Positions 41,893 to 54,681 of a stretch of 64,000 nt of DNA are shown here, in pieces. The stretch is from Yuukianura sp. NJ FZ-2021 (lineage: Eukaryota): the NCBI GenBank assembly GCA_046563655.1, contig CM102284.1, forward strand, positions 9,052,001-9,116,000. The letters run 5' to 3'. The translations under genes were made by a program, and so were the position numbers. Each line of letters opens with the position of its first letter. The stretch's first letter is position 1. The notes beneath the pieces are model-generated. The model was not told where the DNA came from. It ran no database searches and was given only the letters and a program-made list of their open reading frames with translations.

Positions 41893-44800
41893 TCAATCAC
41901 GCTCTCGCCTTCTTCTTTTGCTAACCGGCGGCTCATCATCCGAATCTAGACTTCCTTCCTAAAAACACAAAATTCAACCAATCAAATGACTCCAAAAGTT
42001 CCAGGTCCAGCCAATTACTAATTAGTAATTAATTACCTGTGACTCTGGATGCTGAATGCTATCCGACCCACGTCTCCTTCCAGTTGATTCTACCTCTTCA
42101 TACTCTTCCTCAAAATTGTTTTTCTGAATACTGTCTTCGAGAATTGCCAAAGTATCGTCAAATTCCTCTACAAGAGCTCGCGTAAAGTGCAGAAGTTGGA
42201 GTCCCTGCTTGGTCACTGAATGATCTGGACCATTGAAATGAAGCGTATTCTGATGAATCAGTTCAACATCTGCCAGGAACTGAGCACGACTCAAGTAGCG
42301 ACCATCTAAAAACAGATAACCAAAACAAAAAACTCAAAAAATTCTCCAAAATTTTTGAAAATTCAATCCTTCACTCACGGTTTATCCGTTTTTCAATTGC
42401 TTGCAAATCCATTGGACTCGTAATCACTTCATAGTAGTTTTCTACCAACTTCTTGTTCACGGGTTTCAAAAAATTGAGAGCCTCTGGAGCAATTTTGACT
42501 TTTTCTATGATTTGTTTCAGAATGTAGTTCATCCTTGTCTGTAAACCATAAAAAAAAAGCAATCAGAGATCAATAATTTTGAAAATTTAAAAATTTTGAA
42601 AATCTAACCTTGTCATTCTCATCCAAAAGTGGATTAATTTGCTTCTCCAATTTCCAAATCTCGGCTTCCTTTTCCCTCAAGCGTGACTCTGCCATTTCAA
42701 ATAGCTTCAAGGCCAGAGTTGTCACATGATTATTTTCGCCTAAGACAAAGTAAAGTAAATCACACAAGTGTTAATTAATGAATTAATCGTAACTTATTTA
42801 CTATTTAAACTTACCGTTGTACAGTATGGAGTTATCCACAAGGAGTTTAAGGTCTTCATACAAGTCACTCCTCGTTTGATATCGTTTGTCTCTATTCTTT
42901 TCTCTCATTGTCTGGAGATCCATCGGCATTGACACAATATCGTGGTAACGTGGCACTTTAGGTCCAACTGGAAAATGGAATATTGACGACTCCGGGTGAT
43001 TTCTCAAGTCGTTGATGACACTTTCAAAGATATTGGACAGCACAACTTGAGGATCGATTCGTTTTCGATTGGCAATTCGACTTTTCCCTTCCAAGTAATC
43101 ACAGTGGTCTGCGACAGAACTTCGTTTCCGTTTCATCGCATCTTTCGGCACTTTTATCAGGAGTGACATTCGTTTTACGTGTTCCGTATGCTAAAACAAA
43201 CAAAACGTTTTTACACATTACTATAAAAACTAAAATATAAACTAAAAAAAACTTGCAATTTTTACTTACTTGGACCAGTTTAGCAGAAAGTTGGATTTTG
43301 GTTCCGTCGACTTTGACTAAATCTTCTTGCGGTTCGTCAATCAGCTGATGATTGGCCACTTCTTCTTCTTCCGTCATCGCAACGTTTATGGACGGAACGA
43401 CGTCATTGTTTTTCTCAAACTCTGGACATGCCTTGTTCGTCCTCATGTGACCAACTTGTCCACATGCTCCACACTTCACTTTCAGATCCGGCTTGACCTT
43501 GACCTTCCGTTTCTTCTGAATCGGCACTGGTCTTGGTGTGTACTCTCTCCCTTGCTTGCGCTTAATCCGTCTCAACTGCTCCTGAATCCTTCGTTTCTCC
43601 TTCTTCATCTCCTCTTTGGTGTCATTATCGAGTAGAGCAAACTGACGAATAAAGTTATCGTCCTTCGTTGTACGAATCCTCATGTAGATGTCGATTATCT
43701 GAGACTTTCGGACGATTTCATTTCGAGTGAATTCCTTCCCGTCTGGAGTTTTGTACCTCCTCTGAATTTTCAAAACACGGCCTGAAAAAATTAATGCGAA
43801 TTGCAGCGGGTCAATCTCGGAGAGATTATCTCTCAAACTTGGAAAAGGTCAGCGCTAGTCTAAATTTCGATTTGTAAATTACCGGGATGCATCGTAAGTC
43901 CAGTCAGTTTGTTATTATCCTCTTCATTCTGTTCTTTCTTCTTCTCATCATCTTTTCCATCGCCCATCAGCATCCGTTGAAGTTCTTTTCGTTCTGCCTC
44001 TTCCCGCTCATGACTCAACTGTGAACTTGTCTTCTTATTCGACAGCATCTTCTCAATGTTCTTCCCCATTTCTTCAATATTTTCTGTATCTTCTTCTTCT
44101 TCTTCCGAACTTCCACCCTCTTCATCAGTAGATAAGGCTTCTGAAGACTGAAGAATGCGATTCTGGAGCTCAAAGATCATCTGACACTCTTCTTTGTACC
44201 TAAAGTACAATTACCATTAACATTCATTAACCTTAGTAAATCAACATTTCAAATTATACTTTCCTTTCAATTCCTGAATTACCTTTCCTGGTGACCAGCC
44301 ACCGAGAACTTATTCCCTCTCGAGAATTTCGTCATTCCTTCTTCTCCAGCTTTCGCCTTTTCAGTTGACAATGTCCGAACCACGTCAATTACTTCCCACC
44401 GAGACAGTTTTTGAATCTGCAAGAAAATCAACATCTAAATACTGGAATACTAGCAAGCATTTCAACTTGATTATTTTAGATAACTGGTAAGTATTTCAAC
44501 TTGATTATCTTAGCATTACCTCCTCTTCCGGTACTCCGAACTTCCGTAGCAGTGCTTTGGCATTATTCAAGGAAAGTCGACGTAGATCAGCATCCGTTCC
44601 GGTCACGATTCGCTTCGGTTGTGTTTCTTTTTCTTCCACTGTCGTCTGAAATGTCATTTTCATGTCAAATGTCACGATCAATTTTCGGTAATGGAATAAT
44701 ACTTGTGTAATTTTTTTTGAATGTTTCATACCTGTGGCTTGTTCGGCATTCTGATGTACGAAAATCCTTCGCCACATCCAGTTGGATCCGCCGGACCGTT

Positions 44801-47800
44801 GATTTGCAGAATACATTTCCCTCTCATGGCTTGGATGTAAGCTCTCGTCGTATTCCAAGGAGCCACTTTCACTTCATCGTCCAACTTCTTATCATCGTTC
44901 TCATCCTCATCTTCAGGCAAAGGAGCCAAAATACTTTGTGTCCCATAACCAGCATCCTAAAACATGAATCACAAGCATCAACTACTAAATTAGTCCTTTT
45001 CTGATTAATTTTATCTAAATTCTGTTTACCTTCAATCGCTGTTCCGCAGAGACAAGACTAAAATAAGCACAGCACTGCTCCGGCGAAACCATTGCTCGGA
45101 TTTCTTCTTCCGTTGGTAAACGGAACTCCGGTTTGAGCACCCACCAGTTGGAGTCAACTCCAGTTCGCTTAAAATCTGCACACAACTTGAGCCTCTTCCG
45201 GATGCTGCTTTCAGAATGGACTGGAAAGGCTTTCTTGATGTCGTCCATCCTGATTCTCCTTGGCGTGTCACGACTACTCCAGAACAGACGGTAAATGAAC
45301 ACCTTCACAACAATGTTCAAAAATTCAATAACGGATTTCTCAATTTTGAAAATAAAAATTTTTCAGTTTTGAAGAATTTCGAAAGTTCAAAGTTTACCTG
45401 AAGAAAGTCTCGGACGAAATTGTTGGCACGCTTAGAGTTTGGTCCTAAAAAGTTTCAGTTTTTAGTTCCCAGCAGACAAACTGGTTTCATTTTGTTACAA
45501 AGTCCAAGTTTACCTGGTACTTCGTACAGTGGACATTCTTGAGCAGCGGTGAAAATGGCTTCAAAAGTTCTTATGAAGAAGTTGTTTCTGCAATAATCAA
45601 CAAATTCATTAGGCTAGGTTCGTCATTTTCAATACTTAAAACTTGAAAACTTTAGTTCACAAAAAAAGCAAAAACTGTGAAATTACCGAGTGCGAATGAC
45701 TAGGAAATCGGTTGGACGTACTTCATGAGAGAAAATGGCGGATCTGTACATATTATTTTCAATAGTTTGTATCATTTGTCCAGCGTGCATAGCTCCAAGA
45801 AATGGAGAAGTATGAGCAATCACAGTTTCCCCAAGTTTCATCTCCTGTTCCGGTCCTTCATCTTTGGTACTTTTCCTTTTGTAGTAATTCTTAATTTTCG
45901 AACACATTCCCACCTAAAAGTGAAAAGCACAGTACTTTTGTCAAAGTTTGCCTTAAAAGTTCAAAATGCTTCGCCAATATGCTGTAACAGTATCTTACCT
46001 GATTGAGCAATGGTGGATGTTCTTCGCAGTATTCAATGAAAATCAGCTCCCCATCTTTTCCTGTAACGTCTTCCGCAGATCGCATGAAGAAGATGTCTCC
46101 TCCTCCAGCAGCTTGCCTCTCGTCTTCCTTTTCCTACAAAATTTGCAAATTTTTCAGCATCTTTAGAAATTCAAAAAATTTTCAAAAATTCAAACATTTT
46201 TGAAACTATAGTTAAAAAATGACTTACTTTTAGTTTCATTGCGATGTAACTGGTAAGGGAGAACAGTATGTGCGGACCAGGATGAGACAGTGGACCATTT
46301 GAGAACTTCCTAAGCGGCGGTCTATGGAAGTTTCGCATCTTGGCTAAACTCATATGAGTAGGTATGAAGGGCGCACGGAGCTCAACTACTGGAGTAGAAT
46401 GCTGGATGATGTTGCCACTAGCACTGATTTTGATATGTGCTTGCTCATTGTGCTTCGCTTGATAAAACTCATCCAGAGACAGATTGTAGGGATCCTTGTC
46501 ATCATCTTTGGGTGAAGGTGGAGGACTATCTTGTTCAATTACATTGATTACTCCTGCTTTTCCTAGCAGAATCTTGGACTTCTTTACATGTGGATGTGGA
46601 ATCTTGATTTTGACTGGAGGCGCCGTACTATGCGATGCTGTTGGATCAATGTCTTCTGGTTGACATAGAATGATATTCTCATCGTTTGGATCCAATTCCA
46701 GTACTTTTGGTTCTGGCAACTCCTCTACATTGTCAACGTCCCAAATGATATCTTTCTCCCAATGTCCATTCACGAGTTCAGTCGTCTCAATTGGAAAAAT
46801 GGAGTACCAAGTGTCATCCACTTGAGCATGTCCATCGTCAGCACTTTTGAGCCTGCCAACAACCCATTACTAATTAAAAATCACAACGAAATGAAAACCT
46901 TTGTAAAATTTGAGATGACCTTGACCTTACCCCTTGAGGCCTTTGACAGGTCCAGGCTTTCCAGGAGTACTTTTCATACTGGCAGTCTTGGGAGTGTGAA
47001 ACATTGAAGGAATTTCGGCTGATGATCGGCCAGTATTTTGTACTGAGCGATTTGAGCCACTCGGAACCCAGCCAGCAGTTTTACTTTTACAGAGTTTCTT
47101 CACTTCTGCATCTTGTCCATCCCAAATGATCGATTCTTCCCAGTCTATTTGTGTAACCATGTTGAAACAGTCGTCTGGAAAAACGTCTCGATCGGTTGGC
47201 CTCTTCTGGTTTGTTTCTTCGTCGGAACTTTCGTTTTCGGAATCCGTCTGTTTCTCCTATAAAAAAAAAGTACTGACGATGAAACTCTACATCTAGAAGC
47301 ACATGTTGCTTTTAGTTTTTGATTTCCAGTACTGATTACTCACCTTTTTGGTGAATCCATACTCAAAGTGTTCTGGATTTTCTGGAACGCCGAGCATTTC
47401 AAACCAAATGGCTGCAGGACCGTGCCTCCAAAGTTGTTTTTTGTCGGCACTGCTCTTGGGTATTCCAGAATCGCCTTCGTCTGAGCGCTCACTCCCGTCT
47501 TTCCCAGAAGAATCGTAGGCACGACAAAATATTTCCTATAAAACATAAAAAATCAAAGTACATAAAACATGAAAAAAATTCAAAATTTGGCTAAGAGTTT
47601 GTAGTGAAATGACAAAAGTCAAGAAATACCTCTTGATCAGGCAAACACGCCGAGGGATCTGCAACTTCTTCCTCTTCAAAGTGCACTGGCGAATCTAACC
47701 TCCCACTTTCAGTGTCACCAGCGTCAAAGGAAAGTGAACGCTGATTTGACGATCTTTCAGGTATCGCTGACGTTTCAGTCAGCACTGGCAGAGTAGGCGT

Positions 47801-48708
47801 AAATCCAGGTCCATTTTGTTCCTCCAGCATTTTTTCTTTCTTTTTCCTTCTTCTTTTCCTCACATTTCTCCAAATGTGTGGCAGATTGTTATATTTCCGG
47901 GTACCGAAGAGGCGCGAAAAGCGAAGGACTTGTCCCGGCCTGAAATCCGGAAACAAAGTGGTGACGCTAACGTTAGCGTACTTGGAGGGCAGAATTGATG
48001 CAAGCGGAGTGTCAAGTCTTCTGTCGTTACTAGCACCTGTTGCAGCGATTGAGTCTTCCCCTTGGCCAGAAATTGGTTTAGGGGGAGGAGGTGGTGGCAT
48101 CATGCGCTTGTCAAGGTCATAATCGCCAAATGTGGTCCTATATTCAAGCTCTTGGAAATTGTCGTCTTCAATACACTCGGAGATGTCGGAAAAGTCTACG
48201 GCTGTAGGTGACTTGACATCTCCGTCGTAATCGAGATCATTCAGGTTGTTGGTGACATGTTTCGACACTGAGCCGTTCATCTTGGTGACATTTCCTTCCG
48301 TGTCTTCATCTTCGGAAGAGTCATCTGAAGAGTCGTAAGACAATCGTAAGCGTCTCCTGGAACTTTTACCTAAAATATAACAAAGACATAACGTTAAAGT
48401 AATCGCTCACCTACAAAGTAATCAGTCTTAGTTAAATTTAGCTTACTGTGAGGACTGTCCGTTGTTCCATTTAGCCTACTTTCTCCAGTACTGTCACTAT
48501 CCACATTATCTTCATCGGCCAGTACTGTTTGAAATCTAACGCCTAGATTTTCTAAACCTTTGATCTGTTTGTCCGAGTCTGCACCGAAGATTGACTGATC
48601 CTCCAACTTTCCAGTTTTCGTATCAATATTTCCAAAGAGGAATCCAGTCAAACTAACTTGGGATCCTCCAGTTTCTTCATCGTCACTACTTCCACTGTTT
48701 GAACTCAT
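41893..48708 (-). CDS. TAF1: Transcription initiation factor TFIID subunit 1
   Basis: TAND-like [86 protein letters not shown]; zinc knuckle [17 protein letters not shown]; two bromodomains (PMDLQ...YNG and FNG). Confidence 0.97.
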
Positions 48709-49666
48709 AATGACCGCAAGTGTTTTGTCACTGGAAAGATCACTGCATAGGGTAAGGGGTAAGGTTCCTCTAAGGAATGTAAACTTCCAAAATAAAGTTA
48801 AATTCCAGCAGCAGGCTGAAAAAAGAGAAACTGAAAACAAAAATAACGTTCTACGTAAACGAAAACAACTGCTGGAGAAAATTAAATTTTCGACCAAACA
48901 ATTAGCGAGGCAAAATTGCAATAAACTGAATTCACATTTTTGTATTTCGCAATTTGCAACTATTCCAATGGCAATTGGAATTGCGTTTGGTCAAACTCTT
49001 GTACTCTTCGTCTTTTCTAAGTTGTTGTTTTGTAGTTTTGCCGTTTGGTATGTTTTTGTGGCAATTGCAATTGCAATTGAGAAATGCATTTGTGGAAGGC
49101 GGGTGTTCCAAAATGGGTTGTACTAAAATATAAACTTTGTACGTTTACCGCCATGCGTTTTTCCAAAATTTCAAAGTTGGGCAAATCACCGCACCCATTT
49201 CAGAATTTAGAATGTAATTGAAATACCAAAAGGTTGCCCTCATTTACAATTAATTGAGTTATAAAATTGAAATTGAAGGGTTAACATTTATTACTTTGTA
49301 CTTAAAATATTTGGGTGTAACTGTTACAAATGGCGGCGTAAAAAAGAGAAGGTATCCTTATACGGGTTAATGTTACAACAGGATGGCGGGAAACCCACTC
49401 AGAAGGAAGTGAGAAGAGATTTTTTTTCACACTCATAAAATTCCAGTGTCGAAGATTGCAAAAGTACCAAAACAAAGACGATAAGGAAAAAAAGTGGATT
49501 TTTTGGAAGATTGTTTGCGTGATTGTGTCAACTGTGACACAGGTCCTGTGTCTTCGTGTCATCCATTTCCTTCCGTTGGTGCCAAGGTCAAGGTGACGAG
49601 AGGAACAAGACAACTTGTCACTGACAAGTGTCTGTCACTCTCATTCTCTTCGTCATTGATGGCAAC

Positions 49667-52600
49667 ATGCTGACGAATCACGACACCAAAATGTCATCCA
49701 GAAGAGCTCCGATGCCAGTGAACCCCAATACTGGCAGTCAATCGTTTTTGGCAGGATCTTACGCCGCAGTGCACAAGAGCTTCTCTCAAAGTCAAAACCA
49801 CAATTACTCCTTTGTAAACGTAAATGGAAACAGACGTAGCGGTTCAGGAGGTGGCGTTCCACAGGTACTTTCATCATTTATGTTCCTCATTCAAATCAAA
49901 ATGCTGTTGAATCTAAATGACGACATGTTGGATTGGTTTGCATTTTTATTCGGATATACACCAGTTGTGGTTTTAGTTTTCAATTTTTATTGAAATAAGA
50001 CATGTTTGGATTGTTTAGTCCTTCAGCTCGACGATGGACAACTACTTGTTCCTGGAAGCCTCGTTGGTCAGAGACCTGCTGTTCATATTTCAAGGAATTG
50101 ATGGGAAATTTATTCGGCTCAATGACAAGAGCCGCAACTACGATCTCATTCAAGTAAGCTATAAAATCAACCAGATTCATGATTTTTATAAGGAAACAAC
50201 ACCCAGTAATCTGAGACTTCGTTTCTGTCCAGGACGTTCCCAGGCCGTTGCGGGAGCTGACACTGAAATTATGCGAAATCGGATACAATTACAACAGAGT
50301 CAAAGCGTTTCGAGATAAGCCCGGTGCGGGATTGATTACACATGCATTCAAACATGGAATCGACGGAGAACTTCACAATTACTACCGAATCCTGGCCGAC
50401 ATCAAAGCAAATGTAATTTCATAATAATCGTTTTTTCATTTCTCATTTTAAAGCAATGTTAAACTTTTCGTGGTTTATTTTGACAAAGATTCAGGACGCA
50501 ACTTTTGACACTCCTTTGTCAGAGGAGTTCAAGTCACGAGAGAAGATGACTCTAATCAAACTGGGAATCTGGATGGGTGATGTTCGATCGAGACTAGAAG
50601 CCCTAGCGTGCATAGTTGACGCTTGTGCACCAGTGGATTCTTCTGGAGCAAACCAACAGAAGCATGGCGGAGAATGCTGTTCCGTTGTGTTCTTGTTCAC
50701 GGAACACGGAGATCCGTTGATCAAGTCCATAGCTGTTAGCTTACTCACGACTTTAACAAAACCCCTGTATCTTATTCTTGGACAATGGATTTTGTATGGA
50801 GAACTGGAGGATCCCTATAATGAATTCTTCATCTTCGCTGATAAAGACTGCAAAAAGGAGGATCTTTGGCACTCTAAGTTTCACATCAGGTGAGCAAGAA
50901 TTTAGATTTGGAATTGCGATTGGTAGAATCATTGAACGTTTCTTTTTCTTTACAGAGAGAAGATGCTGCCGTCATTTATTTCAATGAAGCACGCCAAAAT
51001 TATACTAGCGACTGGCAAAAACATCAATTTCCTTCGAGACATTTGCAATAATTCAACTGCTTACAAAGGCAGAGCTGAAATCAAGAAAATGATCGAGGAA
51101 ACGCCAGGTATTAAAAAAATGTGCAATTTTCTATTAAATGTAGTTGATCATGAATTGAATGCTTCTTCTTTTTGAATTTTCTATTTCAGTGGAGTGTCTT
51201 TTTCTTGGAAACGAAAAATTACTTGGAAAAACGATTTTGAAAGCGTATCGTACTACTTCTGACATGGTTCTCAAAGTACTCATGGAAGATGCTCGACTCA
51301 TCGACCACCTCAACGCACTCAAGAAGTATTTGCTCCTGGGACAGGGAGATTTCATCAGATACCTGCTGGAGTTGTTACAGTAAGCTATATTTTCCGATAA
51401 ATTTAGTGTAAAACCCGTTGAAAATAGTTTAAACTGCATGTTTTTGAAATTGCAGAGTTGAATTGGCAAAACCTTATGCTAAACTGTACCAGCACAATTT
51501 GTCAGCCATTTTGGAATCTGCGATTCGAGCTACCAATGCACAATTTGAAGATGAAGATATTCTGAGGCGCTTGGATACAAGGATTTTGTATGGAAATGAA
51601 AAAGAAACGGGGTGGGACGTTTTCTGCCTGGACTACAAAGCGGATGGACCAATCGGAACGGTACTATGAGATTTCAGAAAAATCACAAAACGATTAAATT
51701 CGAGTTTTTGAAAAAGTTTCATTTTTGACGTTTTGCAGGTTTTGAACGAAGACGTTATAGTAAAATACAATCAGCTGTTCAACACGTTGTGGCGGATAAA
51801 GCGAATTGAAGCGATGCTGTCCACTCTGTGGAAGAGTCAAACGACTCTCTTCAAGTACCAAAGATCCATGATGCCAGGTACTACTGGCAGCATGATGCTG
51901 GCAGCATCCAAATATTATTGTCGAAGCATTTCAGTTTTACTGTTTTCAATCGTTTTTAGAAATTGGTCCGGTTCTTCATCAGGTCCAGTTACTCATCCAA
52001 GAAATGATCCACTTCGTGCACCAAACTCAGTACTACATCATGTTCGAAGCGACAGAATGTGCTTGGAATTCGTTGATGGACGACGTAAAACATGAACTTT
52101 ACATCAAAAATTTTTTAGAAAAAGTTTCAAAATTTTATAAAAATTAATGCTTCTTGCTTCGTATTGTGTTTTAGGTCAAGAAAGCTACAGATTTGGACCA
52201 AGTTATAAAGGCCCATGAGGCCTTTTTGTCGACAATAATGAGCCGATCCTTACTGGACATCGGGAAGCGTGAACTTCTGAATCAGCTCCGTGCCATATTT
52301 GGGACAGTCTATAAATTGAGTGACTTCTTGACAAAGTTCGACGACCGAGTGGCCGTTGAAGTCATCAAGCGGAAGAAACTGAAGACTGTGGCAGTAGCAC
52401 AGAGGAAATTTTTTGAAGATTATATCGCACAAGCCAAGGGAGAAGTAGAGCAGCTTTATACTGTTACGCAAGTAAGCTTTTTAGACAAGTGCACTGCAGA
52501 TTTCTAAGAAGTGATTGATGGTTTACAATTGCATGTTTTGTTTTGTTTTATCTAGGATTTGGTCTATCGCTTCCTCATCGTTTTGAACGGTCAACAAGAT

Positions 52601-52849
52601 TCAGATTCCATGACTCTGCAATGTCTCAGCTTCAGACTGGACTTCAACGAGTATTTTGCCAATCGAGATGCCAGACTCAGTTTCCCTCTGACCTACCTCT
52701 CTCGGCGGTTGTCCAGCACATCGGTCCACAGTCCACTGTACCAGAGTCTACACAATTCCATGAATCTGTCTCACTCGGAATCCAATTCCGGCCAGTCTCC
52801 TTCCTTCCTCGCTTCCATACTCCGGCAGCAAGCGATTCCTGAAGGCTGA
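49667..52849 (+). CDS. TUBGCP3: Gamma-tubulin complex component 3; start tentative
   Basis: [40 protein letters not shown]...[71 protein letters not shown]. Confidence 0.92.
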
Positions 52850-53366
52850 ATTCCGGAATTCCTTCTGTGAATTCTTGAAGATTTCCTGAATAGCTGAAGA
52901 ATTCGTGCAGATTCCCGGCATTTTCCTGAAGAAGCAAAGGAGATTCTGCTTAGATCTGCATCCAATATCGCCCGTGAGATTTCCTGGTAAAGTTACTCAT
53001 TTCCTTATCCTTTGTCTTCCTACTTTAGCCTTCCTTCCTACGTTAGTCTTGTTTAGTTTTTAAACGCTTTGCGTTTGCGCTTAAGTTCCTTAAAGAATTG
53101 CTTCTTGTTTTTACTGCCACAGAGCTTACAGCTTTTACAACGAAGTTCTCTTTTCAGTGCCAATTATTCCTATTTATACTACGCTTGTGTTCCATTTTTT
53201 GTGTTTCGATTAACGTAAACGTTTACAACGAATAATCCCCTACGGTGCACAAGTCTGTGTAACTTTTGTTCAGTTTAGGAGCTATCATGAACCTCATACC
53301 TTTTGTTGTACAAAAAAAGCCATTTATTCTTAGGAAATTGAAATTAATTAAAAATTCGTAAGAATG

Positions 53367-54253
53367 TTATGGTAAGAAATTGAATTGATTGGCAGCAGCT
53401 ACTGTTCGCGTTACAGTGGCAGTATCTCGCGAAGTTTGGTCAATTCGGTATACTTCTCCAGTATTTGCGTTGCGGTACTGCCGAACTGGCCAGCCCTGGG
53501 CAGTGAACCCTGTCACTGTAACTGTGACGGTCTGGGTCGATGAAGTTGCCGTGTTAAGGGGTGGAGCTGACGGACCGTACAGCGCAGTACTTCCGCCTAA
53601 ATCAAAAAAATACTGTCAATACTGCTGACCAAATTCCAATAGACCGCTGAATGCTGGTGCTTTTATTTTACCTGGGTTGTAGTAGTTAATGGGATTTGTA
53701 CCGGCGGGGTACCTAAACCGCAGGAGAGTGAAACGCTAGATCAGAATTTTCGCGAATTCGCGAGTTTTAATTCGCGAATTTGAATTTTTGCGCCAAAGAC
53801 TTACATGTTCGGTCGTGTTGGTGCGTTGAAGAAAATGGTTGCAGCGGTGTCGTAGGTGACGAAAGTGACGGTACTGCCGTAGAAACTACCGTACCGAATG
53901 ACAGTTTGCGGAGTAGTGTGTGTCATGACAGTTCCTGGAGCGACTACAATGACTCTGCCATTGGCGAAATTGACCGGAGTATTGGCAGCATATACTTCCG
54001 GATCAATACCGCCTCCATAAATTGTCGTCGCGACTGGAAATATTACGGTTGTAGCCGTTTGGAGTGTCATAGTGGCTCCTGCCGTGTAACGCAGCGTCAC
54101 TGCGGCAGAATTTGTAACAAATGTCCCCTGAGGGTAAATTGCTGTTTCGCCTGCCAAGAAATTATGGTTGGCAATCCACTGTTGACCTTTGACCTCTGAA
54201 AAACCAAAGGTCAGCAGTACTACTATACTTCCAAGTATTCTTATATTTGACAT
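53367..54253 (-). CDS. Secreted Thr/Ala/Val-rich, Cys-free protein of unknown family, 239 aa (exons 54253-53805, 53712-53672, 53596-53367)
   Basis: Signal peptide MSNIRILGSIVVLLTFGFSEVKG|QQ; two GT-AG introns keep the frame; TAA stop followed by minus-strand AATAAA near 53325. Confidence 0.78.
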
Positions 54254-54681
54254 GGTGATGCTGGAAACTTTGGAGACAAACTGACACAAGTTAAAATTGT
54301 GTAATTTGGGTTTAAAGGAGTGACCTTGCCAGTATCCTTCATTTTTTTGGAGAATAGTTGACAATTCAGCAAGTGTTTCCAGCACATGTGCCAGAAAGTT
54401 ATACAATTTGTGTACAAAATGTACTGGAAAAAATGTATTTTTTAGAAATTACATTATGAATTTTTCATTTTTTGTACAGTAATGTCCCTGCGTCAATCGT
54501 TGACGACAACCGAATTAGAATTGTTTACAATTCAATCAATATTCGAAAAAAAAAAAACAAGAATAACTGAATTTGAAAAAGGAAAACTTGTTTTTTGGGT
54601 TTGAGTTTTTGGATTTATGCTTGGATTCTTGATCTTTTGGCCTTGAGCAATCCAAATACAACTAAAAAGTGAAAAGTTGAC

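Noticed and set aside
48394-49126. Long overlapping ORFs around the TAF1 start
   Set aside because: The extension begins at a non-ATG start in UTR or promoter DNA, and the plus-strand ORF has no recognisable protein features.
52850-52985. Degenerate GAATTCC/GATTTCC repeats after the TUBGCP3 stop as a readthrough extension
   Set aside because: A second in-frame TGA follows within seven codons; low-complexity 3' UTR.
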